Shown here one piece after another: positions 28,987 through 39,335 of a DNA stretch of 64,000 nt. The stretch comes from Bacteriovoracia bacterium (GTDB lineage Bacteria > Bdellovibrionota > UBA1018 > JBFWNL01): assembly GCA_050251055.1 (NCBI GenBank), contig JBFWNL010000002.1:384001-448000 (forward strand). Direction: 5' to 3'. Position 1 is the stretch's first letter, and each line of letters begins with the position of its first letter. A program made the position numbers and the translations under genes. The notes below the pieces were generated by a model, which searched no databases, had not been told where the DNA came from, and worked only from the letters and a program-made list of their open reading frames with translations.

Positions 28987-30297
28987 ATGTGGAATCTATC
29001 GATCTTGGACCCGTCTGGTGAAACCCGTACCGTAAAACTGCCGACCGAAGGCGAAACCGAAGTCAGCGGTGTACGCCCGAATGGCGAGCGCCCGGCCGGG
29101 CACGTGGAGCTGCGCGATCCCACCGCTCGGGCCGTATTGAACCTGCGCATGGAAGAAAACGCGGTTTTTTTCCGGGTGGATCCGACATTCCCTCCTGTGA
29201 GGGTAGGAGGCCTCGAAGTGTTTCATGGCCGCTGGCCCGAGGAAATTACGCTTCAGCTCGGGGAAACCAAACTCGTGCTTCAACGCCCCCGTGCGGACCA
29301 TACCCTCCCCAAACAACCATCGCACCTCGTTCCCTGGCTCACCGACGGCGAGGCCGGCCGTCAGGTGCTATGGACTTTGAAGAAGACCGCACCCACTTCC
29401 CTTTCTATCTACTTCGAGGGCGAGACGGGCACCGGTAAGGAGATCCTCGCCCAGCTCGCGCATGCCTGGAGCGAGCGCGCCACCGGGCCATTCGTTCCTC
29501 TGAACTGCGGGGCGCTCTCCGTTTCGCTCGCCGAAAGCGAGCTTTTCGGCCACGTAAAAGGAGCCTTCACCGGTGCCGATCGGCAACGCCCGGGCGCGCT
29601 GATGCAAGCGCACGGGGGCACGCTCTTTCTAGACGAAGTCGGGGATCTTTCGCCGGAAATTCAAGTGAAGCTGCTCCGCTTTTTGGAAAACGGCGAAATT
29701 CGGCCCGTCGGCTCCGACAGCTCGCACCGGGCGGATGTGCGGGTCGTATGCGCGACCCACAAGCCGCTCGAAAGCTTAGTCGCCGAAGGGAAGTTTCGCC
29801 GCGACCTGTACTTTCGCCTAGCCTCTATCACCATAGCGATCCCGGCGCTGCGAGACCGCCCGGAGGACGTGGAGCTGCTCGCGCGTCGCTTCGCCGATTC
29901 GCTCCAACGTGGCATCGCGACGGCGGCGATCTCGCGCCTCCAGGCGCATGCTTGGCCCGGAAACGTACGCGAACTTCGTCACGCCGTGGAGCGCGCCTGC
30001 GGAATGGCCGGCCCTTTCCAGAGCATCTTGCAGGATGCGGATTTTCAGTTCCTGCTCACGCCACGTAACGTGGCCGCCCGCCCGGAGGTGGAGCTCGGCG
30101 CCGCCGTGCTCACCTTGAAGGAGATGGAGAGGGTGATGCTGCTCAAAGCCCTCCGCATCAGTCGCGGCAACCGAGCCAAAGCGGCGCGGACCCTCGGGAT
30201 CGCGCGCAGCACGCTCTTCGAAATGCTCAAGCGGCACCGGATCATGGGACCGAAATACGAAGAGCTGCAAGCCGCGGGAATGCGGGGAGTGGCCTAA
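28987..30297 (+). CDS. Sigma54-dependent enhancer-binding protein (FHA-like N-terminus, AAA+, Fis HTH)
   Basis: GETGTGKE, GAFTGA, LFLDEVG, WPGNVREL, AARTLGIARSTL. Confidence 0.93.
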   Translation: MWNLSILDPSGETRTVKLPTEGETEVSGVRPNGERPAGHVELRDPTARAVLNLRMEENAVFFRVDPTFPPVRVGGLEVFHGRWPEEITLQLGETKLVLQRPRADHTLPKQPSHLVPWLTDGEAGRQVLWTLKKTAPTSLSIYFEGETGTGKEILAQLAHAWSERATGPFVPLNCGALSVSLAESELFGHVKGAFTGADRQRPGALMQAHGGTLFLDEVGDLSPEIQVKLLRFLENGEIRPVGSDSSHRADVRVVCATHKPLESLVAEGKFRRDLYFRLASITIAIPALRDRPEDVELLARRFADSLQRGIATAAISRLQAHAWPGNVRELRHAVERACGMAGPFQSILQDADFQFLLTPRNVAARPEVELGAAVLTLKEMERVMLLKALRISRGNRAKAARTLGIARSTLFEMLKRHRIMGPKYEELQAAGMRGVA

Positions 30298-30307
30298 CGG
30301 GGGGCCC

Positions 30308-30916
30308 TTACCCAATGATGACGTTGGAGAAATACACGCGACGGATCTTCCCACCGGGCAGCCAGGAGTTCAGCTTCTGCAGAATCTTCGCTTTGAGCTT
30401 CTGCTTGCCTAAGATGGTCATCAGGTCCGCCTGCTCAAGCGCGGTGAATGCGGTAGCGACCTGGTCGCGGGCCTGGGTCAAGTGATTCTCGACGTAAGTG
30501 CAAGCGGACTTTTCTTCGCACTCGATCACGATCACGATCTCCGCCATGTTGACGATGCCGGGAGCGGGCCTACCCGCCCCTTCCGGCGGCGTCACTTCCA
30601 CCAGAAACTTCCCCATCTCGAAAGTGTGGATGCGATGCTCGGCAGCTTCTTTTTGCTTGTTGAGGAATTTTCCGAGCTGCTCGCCGTGCTTTTCGCCCTT
30701 GGAACGACTCAGAATTAAGTGCGTCGCCACCGCCGTCGTCGCCAGAGCACCCACGAGGCTTAACACAAAAAAAACCGACATTTTTCGGGTAGCGCGATCC
30801 TTCGAGCCTAATCCCTTAAAGAGATCAGTGACGGTTTCCCGAATGCTTCCGAGCCTTTTCTTCAAATTTCCGCCGCCGGACGGTGCGGCGGGAGGGGTGT
30901 CTTTTTTCTCGGACAT
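30308..30916 (-). CDS. fliL: FliL-like flagellar basal body-associated protein
   Basis: Single TM; C-terminal RDQV...GKQKLKAKI...IRRVYFSN. Confidence 0.7.
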   Translation of the reverse strand: MSEKKDTPPAAPSGGGNLKKRLGSIRETVTDLFKGLGSKDRATRKMSVFFVLSLVGALATTAVATHLILSRSKGEKHGEQLGKFLNKQKEAAEHRIHTFEMGKFLVEVTPPEGAGRPAPGIVNMAEIVIVIECEEKSACTYVENHLTQARDQVATAFTALEQADLMTILGKQKLKAKILQKLNSWLPGGKIRRVYFSNVIIG

Positions 30917-30967
30917 AGGCCTACATATAGACTAACCAAAAAGCCGCCGCGCTGCTACAGTAGAAAA

Positions 30968-32005
30968 ATGCTTCGCTCCCCTATATCGACCGTTTGGCTC
31001 CTGAGCCTGGCCTGCGCCTCCGTGGCGATGACGACGGGCGCTTGGGCCGATTCGGTCACCCGTTGCGCATTGGATATCGGTTCGGGCGAAACGAAGGCCG
31101 CCGCCGCGACCGTCCGCACGGAAGGCGACAAAGTCGTCGTGGAAAAAGCGATCTTCTCCAAAGTGGCCATCGTCCCCATTCGGGATGAGATCGACAAGCA
31201 GGGCACGCTCTCGGATAAGGCCATCCGCCAGCTGATGAAGCAGGTACAGGCGTATAAGCAGGAGTGCATTGCCGCCGGAGCGACCCAATTCGCCGGCGTC
31301 GCCACGGCGGGGTTTCGGGCGGCGACGAAGAACGGAGCCAAGGCCCTCGCCCAAATTGCCAAAAAAACCGGATTCCAATTGCGCATTTTGGACGGCGCCG
31401 AAGAGGCCCAACTGGGCCTGCTTACCGCCACCACGGCCTTAGGCCAAACGGATAGCCCCATGGTCGTTTGGGATCTGGGCGGCGGCAGCATGCAATTCGC
31501 AACTAAGGCCGCCGTGATCTCCATTCCGGTCGGCGGCGGAGCTTTCCGTGACGAGATGCTCGAACGCTTTCGCCGGAAACCGGGCAAATCGCTCAATCCG
31601 CTTTCGAGCGGGGAAATGAAGCAAGCGGTGGACACCGCCCGACACCACGCGGCCGGCGTGCCCGAGAGCATTCGCAATACCATCAAGCTTCCCAATGCGA
31701 TGGTCGTCGGAATCGGCGGAATCCATATCGAGTCGATCGGCAAACAGGCCAAAGCCGTCGACGACGGTAAACACACGAGCTACACGCTGGCGGCCGCCCA
31801 GGCCGCGCGGGCCAGTGTCGTGGGTAAGGACGACGCCTGGTTTAAGAGCACTTACCCCGGCAATAAGTACCCACAGAATCAAGCAAGCAACCTGGCGATG
31901 GTTACCGGTGTGATGGAAGCCTTGGGCATCCAACGAGTGACGCTGGTTCGCATGAACCTGGCCGACGGACTCCTGCGAGACCCGAAAGCCTGGGTTAATA
32001 ACTGA
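30968..32005 (+). CDS. Ppx/GppA-family (ASKHA) phosphatase with signal peptide
   Basis: ALDIGSG, VATAGFR, ILDGAEEA, WDLGGGSMQ; signal peptide AWA-D. Confidence 0.8.
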   Translation: MLRSPISTVWLLSLACASVAMTTGAWADSVTRCALDIGSGETKAAAATVRTEGDKVVVEKAIFSKVAIVPIRDEIDKQGTLSDKAIRQLMKQVQAYKQECIAAGATQFAGVATAGFRAATKNGAKALAQIAKKTGFQLRILDGAEEAQLGLLTATTALGQTDSPMVVWDLGGGSMQFATKAAVISIPVGGGAFRDEMLERFRRKPGKSLNPLSSGEMKQAVDTARHHAAGVPESIRNTIKLPNAMVVGIGGIHIESIGKQAKAVDDGKHTSYTLAAAQAARASVVGKDDAWFKSTYPGNKYPQNQASNLAMVTGVMEALGIQRVTLVRMNLADGLLRDPKAWVNN

Positions 32006-32090
32006 TTTTTTAAGTCAGAAATAGAAGCCGGCGTTTTCAAGAAATCGAAAAAAATCACCGATGAGATTCATAGACGGCAAGGAGGCCTCT

Positions 32091-32426
32091 ATGAAGCAGC
32101 ATCATCAACTATTTCTGATTGTTTCACTTTTATCCTGCGCCACCGCTTGTGCGACCATTGAGGAAGCATTCAAGCCCTCGCGGACTCCCGCTTCGCGCGT
32201 GTCCCCAAACGAAATCTACCTCGGTATGTCGATGCGAGCCGTGGAAAATGCCTGGGGCATTCCCGGCGAGGTGGAAACGGCGGGCCAGCAGACTTCGGGA
32301 AATCAGCGTTGGATCTATCGCGACCGCGGCATTAGTCACTACGGGCTGGGCTCAGCTCGCGTGATTTACTTTGAAAACGGCCAGGTCGCGGGGTGGCGGA
32401 CCACTCCCGATACCTTGGCGCAATAG
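32091..32426 (+). CDS. Small lipoprotein, SmpA/BamE-like fold
   Basis: Lipobox; LGMSMRAVENAWGIP...WIY...IYFENGQV. Confidence 0.65.
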   Translation: MKQHHQLFLIVSLLSCATACATIEEAFKPSRTPASRVSPNEIYLGMSMRAVENAWGIPGEVETAGQQTSGNQRWIYRDRGISHYGLGSARVIYFENGQVAGWRTTPDTLAQ

Positions 32427-32493
32427 CCCATTCGCCTGGCTCAATAAAAACAGGCGTGTTAGGGTCGAAAATCCCGCAAGGGGGTCCCATACA

Positions 32494-33669
32494 ATGGAAA
32501 TCTTTCTGGAATTTGAAAAACCGATCGCCACTCTGGAGAAGAAGCTCGAGGACCTGCGTGAGCTCTCCAAGCAAGAAGGCATGAACCTCGGACACGAGAT
32601 TTCAATCCTCGAAAAAAAGGTCGTTTCCCTGACCGAGGAGATCTACTCGAAGTTAAGCCCGTGGGAACGCGTCCAGGTCTCGCGCCACGCGAACCGTCCC
32701 TACACCCTCGATTACATCGAAGCTCTCTTCCCCTCTTTCATGGACTTGGCCGGAGATCGTTGCTTTGGCGAGGATCGCGCGATTATCTCGGGCACCGCGA
32801 TGTGGCCCCCCCAGGGCGCGACGAACGGCAACGGCTTGAGCACGCCGCCCGGCAAAGGTACGCCGGTATTGGTTTTAGGCCACCAAAAGGGCCGCACGAC
32901 GAAACAAAAGATGGAGCGTAACTTCGGCATGGCCAAGCCCGAAGGATACCGCAAAGCGATTCGCCTAATGCAACTGGCCGACCGCATGCGCATGCCCATC
33001 ATCACCTTCATCGATACGCCCGGCGCATATCCCGGCATCGAGACCGAAGAGCGGGGCCAAGCCCAGGCGATCGCCGAGAGCATCCTGACGATGGCGGGCT
33101 TGAGCGTTCCCGTGCTTTGCGTGGTCATTGGCGAGGGCGGCTCAGGTGGCGCGCTCGCGCTCGGCATCGGCAACAAGGTCTTGATGATGGAATACAGCAC
33201 CTACTCCGTGATTTCCCCGGAAGGCTGCGCTTCCATTCTCTGGAGCGATTCCAAATACGCGGAAAAGGCAAGCGACTGCCTGAAAATGTCGCCCACCGAT
33301 CTGCTCAAGCACGGGGTGATTGACGGCATTGTGAACGAGCCGAGCGGCGGCGCGCACCGCAACTGGCCGCTCGCCTTCGAAATGATGCGCAAGGCGCTCC
33401 ATCAGCACTTTGATCCGATGCTTAAAGGATTCTTGGCTGGAATCGAGTTACCCGCGCCAGTCACCGGCGCGACCGCCAAGGCGAACGGTACGGGCAAGAA
33501 ATTACGTGCAAAAGCGAAAGGCTTACTCAAGGGTAAGAAACCCAAGAAAAAAGCGGAGGCCACCGCGACGAACAACGTGGCCAAGACCCTACGCCTGGAG
33601 AGAATCCAGAAGTTCCGCGACATGGGCGGCGGTGCGCTCGGACAAACCCGGGAGTCGACGGGCTCATGA
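32494..33669 (+). CDS. accA: Acetyl-CoA carboxylase carboxyltransferase alpha subunit
   Basis: LEFEKPI start; GHQKGR; PEGYRKA; IDTPGAYPG; GEGGSGGALA. Confidence 0.95.
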   Translation: MEIFLEFEKPIATLEKKLEDLRELSKQEGMNLGHEISILEKKVVSLTEEIYSKLSPWERVQVSRHANRPYTLDYIEALFPSFMDLAGDRCFGEDRAIISGTAMWPPQGATNGNGLSTPPGKGTPVLVLGHQKGRTTKQKMERNFGMAKPEGYRKAIRLMQLADRMRMPIITFIDTPGAYPGIETEERGQAQAIAESILTMAGLSVPVLCVVIGEGGSGGALALGIGNKVLMMEYSTYSVISPEGCASILWSDSKYAEKASDCLKMSPTDLLKHGVIDGIVNEPSGGAHRNWPLAFEMMRKALHQHFDPMLKGFLAGIELPAPVTGATAKANGTGKKLRAKAKGLLKGKKPKKKAEATATNNVAKTLRLERIQKFRDMGGGALGQTRESTGS

Positions 33670-34652
33670 GCGCGAAAGCGACACCCGCAAAAACCGGGGC
33701 CTCCTCCGGATCCTCCCCAACTCCTTCCCCGGTTTCTTCCATGACCGGTTACGCCACCGCCGAAGGCAAGCTCGGCCAGGCCAGGCTACGGGTCGAGGCC
33801 AAGTCGCTCAATCATCGTTACCTCGAGATCAAGGCGCGCGTACCCCGCGAGCACGCACGAGTCGAAATGCTACTGCGCAATCACATCCAAAACCGCTTCG
33901 CCCGCGGCGCCATCGAAATCAAAGTGGAGCTTTTGGAAGACGCGCAGGCCCAGGCCGACTTCACGCCTAATCACGCGCTGGCTGCGCATTATTACGAAGG
34001 CCTCACCTCCCTGCAGAAGACCCTAGGGCTCACCGATCAGATCCGTACCGTGGATATCCTGGCGTTCCCGGAAGTCATCAGCAAGCGCGGCATGCGCGCG
34101 GAAGACACGCTTGATTCCGAGCAATTCTGGGAAGCCCTGCAACCTTCGCTCACGGAAGCCTTGAACAAGCTTGGCGATATGCGGGCGGTGGAAGGCGAAG
34201 CCCTGCAGGCAGCGCTGAACCGCACGGTGGCGGAGCTGCGCGAGGGTCTGCGGTTCGTGAAGGAGCGACGGCAGAAGTGCCAGCCCGAGCTCACCCGCAA
34301 GCTTGAGGAAAAAATCCAGACTGTGTTGCAGGCGCACCCCTTTCCGGCCGGAACGACGGCGGACGGAAAGACTTGGCTCGAGTCGCGCGTGGCCCAGGAG
34401 CTGGCCCTGATTTTGGACAAGACGGATATCGAGGAAGAGCTGACGCGTTTCGCCGGGCACCTCGACCACTTCTCACAAACGCTCGCGGGCGGCAGCCCCG
34501 TGGGCCGTAAACTCGACTTCATCCTTCAAGAACTTAACCGCGAAGTGAACACGCTCGGCAACAAGGCGCAGGATTACTCGATCAGCGAAGAAGTCATCGC
34601 GCTGAAGGTCAAGATCGAACAGTTGCGCGAGCAGGTGATGAATATCGAGTAG
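33666..34652 (+). CDS. yicC: YicC/YloC-family endoribonuclease
   Basis: SMTGY, KSLNHRYLE, DIEEELTR, GRKLDFILQELNREVNTLG, EQLREQVMNIE. Confidence 0.93.
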   Translation: MSAKATPAKTGASSGSSPTPSPVSSMTGYATAEGKLGQARLRVEAKSLNHRYLEIKARVPREHARVEMLLRNHIQNRFARGAIEIKVELLEDAQAQADFTPNHALAAHYYEGLTSLQKTLGLTDQIRTVDILAFPEVISKRGMRAEDTLDSEQFWEALQPSLTEALNKLGDMRAVEGEALQAALNRTVAELREGLRFVKERRQKCQPELTRKLEEKIQTVLQAHPFPAGTTADGKTWLESRVAQELALILDKTDIEEELTRFAGHLDHFSQTLAGGSPVGRKLDFILQELNREVNTLGNKAQDYSISEEVIALKVKIEQLREQVMNIE

Positions 34653-34666
34653 AGGACCGGGGAACC

Positions 34667-35266
34667 ATGGCTATCTCCACAGCGTCCGCACCCCTTCCCA
34701 AACTCATTATCCTTTCCGCGCCCTCGGCCGCCGGCAAGACCACCCTCTGCCAACGCCTGCTCGAAGATTTCGGTGGGCGCATCGTCTCCTCCATTTCCTG
34801 CACCACGCGCGCGCCACGGCCCGGAGAAAAATCCGGTCGCGAGTACTTCTTCCTGAACGAGGACGAATTCAATGCGCGTGAACGCGCGGGGGAGTTCGTC
34901 GAAACCGCGCTCGTGCACGGAAAAATGTACGGCACCTCACGACGCACGGTTGAAGACCTGCTGGACCAGGGAAAATCCGTCCTACTCGCCATCGACATCC
35001 AAGGCGCGGACAGCCTCAAGCTTGCTTTCCCGGGTCGATGCATCACCGTTTTCATCAATCCCCCCAGCATGGAGATCCTGGAGAAAAGACTACGCGCGCG
35101 CGGAACCGAGTCGGACCAGTCGATCGAAACTCGCATCCAGAACGCGCGGGACGAGATGAAGCATGCGCACCGGTTTGACCACGTCATCGTGAACGACGAA
35201 CTCGACCGCGCGTACACCGAGCTTTTGGGCATCGTCGAGAAGGGCCTGGGCATTCGACGTGGCTAA
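34667..35266 (+). CDS. gmk: Guanylate kinase
   Basis: SAPSAAGKTT, SCTTRAPRPGE, YGTS, RLRARGTES. Confidence 0.95.
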   Translation: MAISTASAPLPKLIILSAPSAAGKTTLCQRLLEDFGGRIVSSISCTTRAPRPGEKSGREYFFLNEDEFNARERAGEFVETALVHGKMYGTSRRTVEDLLDQGKSVLLAIDIQGADSLKLAFPGRCITVFINPPSMEILEKRLRARGTESDQSIETRIQNARDEMKHAHRFDHVIVNDELDRAYTELLGIVEKGLGIRRG

Positions 35267-37445
35267 ACCGGAGACCGCCGACCTCGACACGCTCTGCGAC
35301 ACCATCAAGCGCTATTATCCGGACAGCGACCTGGAAAAGGTGAAGGTGGCTTACGCCTACGCGACCCAGGCCCACGAAGGCCAGAAACGCTCGAGCGGCG
35401 ATCCCTACATCATCCATCCCACCGAAGTCGCGCAGATCCTGGCGGATATGAAGCTCGACATTCCGAGCATCATCACCGGCCTCCTGCACGACACGGTCGA
35501 GGACACCCAGGCCACGCTCGAAGACATCGAGAAAAAGTTCAGCCCCGAGATCGCGCAACTCGTGGACGGAGTCACCAAGCTCAACAAGATCACATTTAAG
35601 ACCACGGAAGAAAAACAGGCCGAGAACTTTCGCAAGATGATCATCGCCATGGCGAAGGATATCCGCGTAATTCTCGTGAAGCTTGCCGATCGCCTCAATA
35701 ATATGCGGACCTTGCAGCACCTGCCGCCGCATAAGCAAACGGCCATTTCGGAAGAGACCCTGGAAATTTACGCGCCCATCGCCAACCGCCTGGGGATCAG
35801 CTGGATCAAGCTCGAACTCGAAGACCTTTGCCTGCGTTACCTGCACCCCGACTCGTACTACAAGCTCGCCCAGAAGGTTACGAAAACCAAAAAAGAGCGC
35901 GAGAAGTACATCGAAGAAGTTTGTGAGCTATTGACGGAAAAGCTGAAAGACTACGACATGAACGCGCAGGTCGTCGGGCGGGCCAAGCACTTCTACTCCA
36001 TCTACAAGAAGATGGAACGACGGCAGGCGGACTACGACCAAATCCATGACGTCATCGCTTTTCGCATCATCGTGGACAATATCACCGAATGCTACAAGGC
36101 TTTGGGCGTGATCCACGCACTGTACAAGCCGATCCCGGGCCGCATCAAGGATTACATCGCGATGCCGAAATCCAACTCCTACCAGTCGCTCCATACGACG
36201 GTGATTGGCCCCTATGGCGACCGCATCGAGATCCAGATCCGTACTCATGACATGCAGCAAGTGGCCGAAGGCGGGATCGCCGCGCACTGGAAGTACAAGG
36301 AAGGAAAGTTCGACTCCAAATCGCGCGAGAACGTGGAGTGGGTCAACCGCCTGCTGGAGTGGCAGAAGGACCTGTCGGATCCGAGCGAGTTTCTGGAGAC
36401 GGTCAAGATCGACCTATTCGCCGAGGACGTTTTCATTTTTACACCTAAGGGCGAGGTGAAACAGCTCCCTCACGGCGCCACGCCGCTCGATTTCGCGTAC
36501 GCCGTGCATACCGACGTCGGCAACAAATGCATCGGCGCGAAGGTCAACGGCAAGATCGTGCCCCTAAAGCACAAGATGCACTCGGGCGATATCGTGGAGA
36601 TCCTGACGTCGCCGACGCAATCACCTTCGAAAGACTGGCTCACGATCGTCAAAAGCTCGCGCGCCAAGGCGAAGATTCGTGCCTTTATCAAGTTACAGGA
36701 GCGCGAGCGCGCTCGCGACCTAGGCAAGGAGCTCCTGGAAAAAGCGTTGCGGGTCTATTCGCAGAACATGAACCGACTGGAGAAAGCCGGCACGTTGCTG
36801 AAAGCCGCGCAGCACCTGCACTTCCGGTCGGTGGAAGAACTCCACGTCGCCATCGGATACGGCCGCACCTACCCCGAGCGCATCATTGAACAGGTCGTGC
36901 CCAAGGAAGAGATCGAGAAGGTCAAAACCTCTCAGCCGCCCGAGGAGGAGAGTTTCCTCAAGAAGGTGTTCAAAGCGGCTACCCGCAAGAGCGAGGCGCG
37001 CAACGCGATCTCGGTGGCGAATCTGGATGACGTGCTCATTCGCCTGGGCAAATGCTGCAATCCGCTGCCAGGCGAAAGCATTGTCGGATTTATCACCCGC
37101 GGCCGCGGCGTGACCATCCACAGCGCCAACTGTTCGAAGGCCATCGATAGCGACACCGATCGACGCGTGGACGTGCAGTGGAATATCCAAAATCGCGAGC
37201 GTTTCAAGCACCACGTGAAAATCCGCATCCTCGCCCTCGACGAGCCCGGCCTGCTCGCGACCATGAGCCAGACCATCGCCACTCACGGCATCAACATCGC
37301 ATCCGCCAACATCCGCACCACCAAGGACAAGAAGGCGATCCTACTCTTCTCGGTGGAAGTCAGCGACACCGCCCAACTCTCCAAGATCAGCAGCGCGCTC
37401 GAGTCCAAGCGCGGAGTAATCTCGGTCGAGAGAACCCGCTCTTAA
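35259..37445 (+). CDS. spoT: Bifunctional (p)ppGpp synthetase/hydrolase (RelA/SpoT)
   Basis: HD domain (LHDTVED), synthetase (YQSLHT, EIQIRT), TGS, CC and ACT domains. Confidence 0.95.
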   Translation: MAKPETADLDTLCDTIKRYYPDSDLEKVKVAYAYATQAHEGQKRSSGDPYIIHPTEVAQILADMKLDIPSIITGLLHDTVEDTQATLEDIEKKFSPEIAQLVDGVTKLNKITFKTTEEKQAENFRKMIIAMAKDIRVILVKLADRLNNMRTLQHLPPHKQTAISEETLEIYAPIANRLGISWIKLELEDLCLRYLHPDSYYKLAQKVTKTKKEREKYIEEVCELLTEKLKDYDMNAQVVGRAKHFYSIYKKMERRQADYDQIHDVIAFRIIVDNITECYKALGVIHALYKPIPGRIKDYIAMPKSNSYQSLHTTVIGPYGDRIEIQIRTHDMQQVAEGGIAAHWKYKEGKFDSKSRENVEWVNRLLEWQKDLSDPSEFLETVKIDLFAEDVFIFTPKGEVKQLPHGATPLDFAYAVHTDVGNKCIGAKVNGKIVPLKHKMHSGDIVEILTSPTQSPSKDWLTIVKSSRAKAKIRAFIKLQERERARDLGKELLEKALRVYSQNMNRLEKAGTLLKAAQHLHFRSVEELHVAIGYGRTYPERIIEQVVPKEEIEKVKTSQPPEEESFLKKVFKAATRKSEARNAISVANLDDVLIRLGKCCNPLPGESIVGFITRGRGVTIHSANCSKAIDSDTDRRVDVQWNIQNRERFKHHVKIRILALDEPGLLATMSQTIATHGINIASANIRTTKDKKAILLFSVEVSDTAQLSKISSALESKRGVISVERTRS

Positions 37446-37496
37446 TCGAATCCCCCTTCTAGTTACCCAGAAGTAACGCATTGTGCATCACAAGGG

Positions 37497-38126
37497 TTGC
37501 TTGGAAATCCTTTGGTTGGTATAGACCCCTACGAAGTGGACCACCCTAAAACGCCCGACCTGAGCGTCATTCAGGACAAAATCAAAGGAATTATTGGCGA
37601 AATTGGCGAAGACATGGGCCGCGAAGGGCTGCGCGATACCCCTCGCCGCTATGCCAAGGCGATGGAGTTTCTGACCTCGGGCTACCGCGCGAATCTGGAC
37701 AAAATCGTAGGTCAGGCGCTCTTTAAGTCCGAATCCAGCGAAATCGTGCTCATTCGCGACATCGAGCTCTTTTCGATGTGCGAGCATCACCTGCTTCCGT
37801 TTTGGGGCCGTGCGCACGTCGCGTATATCCCGAACGAAAAAATCATCGGGCTATCCAAAGTCCCACGCATCGTGGACGCTTTCGCCCGCCGCCTACAGGT
37901 GCAAGAACGCCTCACCACCCAGGTTTCCGAAGCTTTGATGAAGATCCTGCAGCCCCACGGCGTGGCCGTCACGATCGAAGCCTACCATCTGTGCATGATG
38001 ATGAGAGGCGTGGAGAAGCAAAACAGTAAGACCGTCACCAGCTCCATGCAGGGCGCGTTCCGCGACAACCCCTCGACCCGCCAGGAGCTGTTGCACTTGC
38101 TCAACGGGTTGAGCTTGTCGAAATGA
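37497..38126 (+). CDS. folE: GTP cyclohydrolase I
   Basis: [39 protein letters not shown]. Confidence 0.96.
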   Translation: MLGNPLVGIDPYEVDHPKTPDLSVIQDKIKGIIGEIGEDMGREGLRDTPRRYAKAMEFLTSGYRANLDKIVGQALFKSESSEIVLIRDIELFSMCEHHLLPFWGRAHVAYIPNEKIIGLSKVPRIVDAFARRLQVQERLTTQVSEALMKILQPHGVAVTIEAYHLCMMMRGVEKQNSKTVTSSMQGAFRDNPSTRQELLHLLNGLSLSK

Positions 38127-38380
38127 CGGGGGCGGGCACCGAAAAAGAGTGGGTTTTCCTGGAAGAGCTCGCGGTTGGACCCGAGCTGGACCTCTTAAAA
38201 ATCGTATTCGCCGACGAAGCCCTCACCTACCAAGCGCTTCCGGTGGCGCCTTACAAGAGTAGCGCCACCCATGCGAGCCTAACCGGCTACGATAGCTACA
38301 AGATCTACGTGCCGGCGGACGAGTCGGAACGAGCGGCAGACTTGCTGAAAAAGGTCCGGGAAAGCCGACCGGCCCAGTAG
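38123..38380 (+). CDS. Small DUF2007-like protein
   Basis: Overlaps the folE stop; [16 protein letters not shown] resembles the DUF2007 C-terminus. Confidence 0.55.
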   Translation: MTGAGTEKEWVFLEELAVGPELDLLKIVFADEALTYQALPVAPYKSSATHASLTGYDSYKIYVPADESERAADLLKKVRESRPAQ

Positions 38381-38384
38381 AGGG

Positions 38385-38846
38385 CTACTTCGGCGATTCG
38401 AAGTGAATAAGCTCATACGGCTTTTGCGCCTTCCAAGCCGCGAAGCAGTCCGCGGAGTAGGAAAGTTTTGATCCGTCGGGATTTTTCCGTGATCGAAAGA
38501 TTCCCGCCGATTCTCCGCTGCCAATCGCGCTCACCACCTCAACGTCCGTATCTCGGCTGAGCGACAACCATCCCATTTTCAGGCCTCCCTCGTCTTGATG
38601 ACGAATATAGGTACCGAGAGAAAACGGTTCTCCAAAAAAATCGATCGGCACGTTGACCGCTTGATTGGCCGTTACCGCGAACGCGACCCGCCGAACGGAG
38701 GCCACGCCGTTTTCACGACGCGAAAGGTGGCAATTCACGTAGACGGGGGATTCCGCGTCAAACGAAGTGGGAGAGGCCTCTGATGGACCACAAGCCCAAG
38801 CCAATGCTCCTGCCGCCCATAGGATGAATCCCGGAAGCCACATCAT
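38385..38846 (-). CDS. Secreted/lipoprotein, paralog 3 of a tandem triplet
   Basis: Signal with AWA-C; PVYVNC and YSADC motifs; AGGAG RBS. Confidence 0.65.
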   Translation of the reverse strand: MMWLPGFILWAAGALAWACGPSEASPTSFDAESPVYVNCHLSRRENGVASVRRVAFAVTANQAVNVPIDFFGEPFSLGTYIRHQDEGGLKMGWLSLSRDTDVEVVSAIGSGESAGIFRSRKNPDGSKLSYSADCFAAWKAQKPYELIHFESPK

Positions 38847-38855
38847 ACGTACTCC

Positions 38856-39317
38856 TCAGTTAGCAGGCGTAAGCTCATAATCGGCGGCCACGTCCGCCCG
38901 ACAAGCGGCCGAATAAGCATAGCGCAATTGCCCCGCCCCATTCTTTTCAAAACGGGAAATTTTCAAGCCGGGCACCTTCGCTGAATCCACCGGCTCCACG
39001 CTCCCGATCTCGCGACTGCCTAACTTGTTGAATCCGAGCGCCCTCAAATGGAGGACGGGAGAGGTACCTTCGCTCAATCCGACTATCGACGAAATCCGAA
39101 AGCCTTGGGTTCCGAGGGTAAAGTCGGAGAAAAAAATCTGACCCTCGTCCAACGCGAAAGACTTATTCGCTTCCACCACTCGAATTGGCCCCGGTGATTC
39201 TTGATAATATTCGAGTTTAAATTGGCAGTTCAGAAAGACGGTTTCCGCCGTCGCCAGCCCCGGCACCACTAGCGTAAGCAAAGGATACACAAACCCCTTA
39301 AGAAATTTTCTTTTCAT
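38856..39317 (-). CDS. Secreted protein, paralog 2 of a tandem triplet
   Basis: GGAGG RBS; signal ATA-E; TVFLNC, FNKL, YSAAC. Confidence 0.7.
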   Translation of the reverse strand: MKRKFLKGFVYPLLTLVVPGLATAETVFLNCQFKLEYYQESPGPIRVVEANKSFALDEGQIFFSDFTLGTQGFRISSIVGLSEGTSPVLHLRALGFNKLGSREIGSVEPVDSAKVPGLKISRFEKNGAGQLRYAYSAACRADVAADYELTPAN

Positions 39318-39335
39318 CGCGACCTCCAAATATAT

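Noticed and set aside
34667-35266. rpoZ missing between gmk and spoT
   Set aside because: Gene-order variation is common outside Gammaproteobacteria and Firmicutes; not informative alone.
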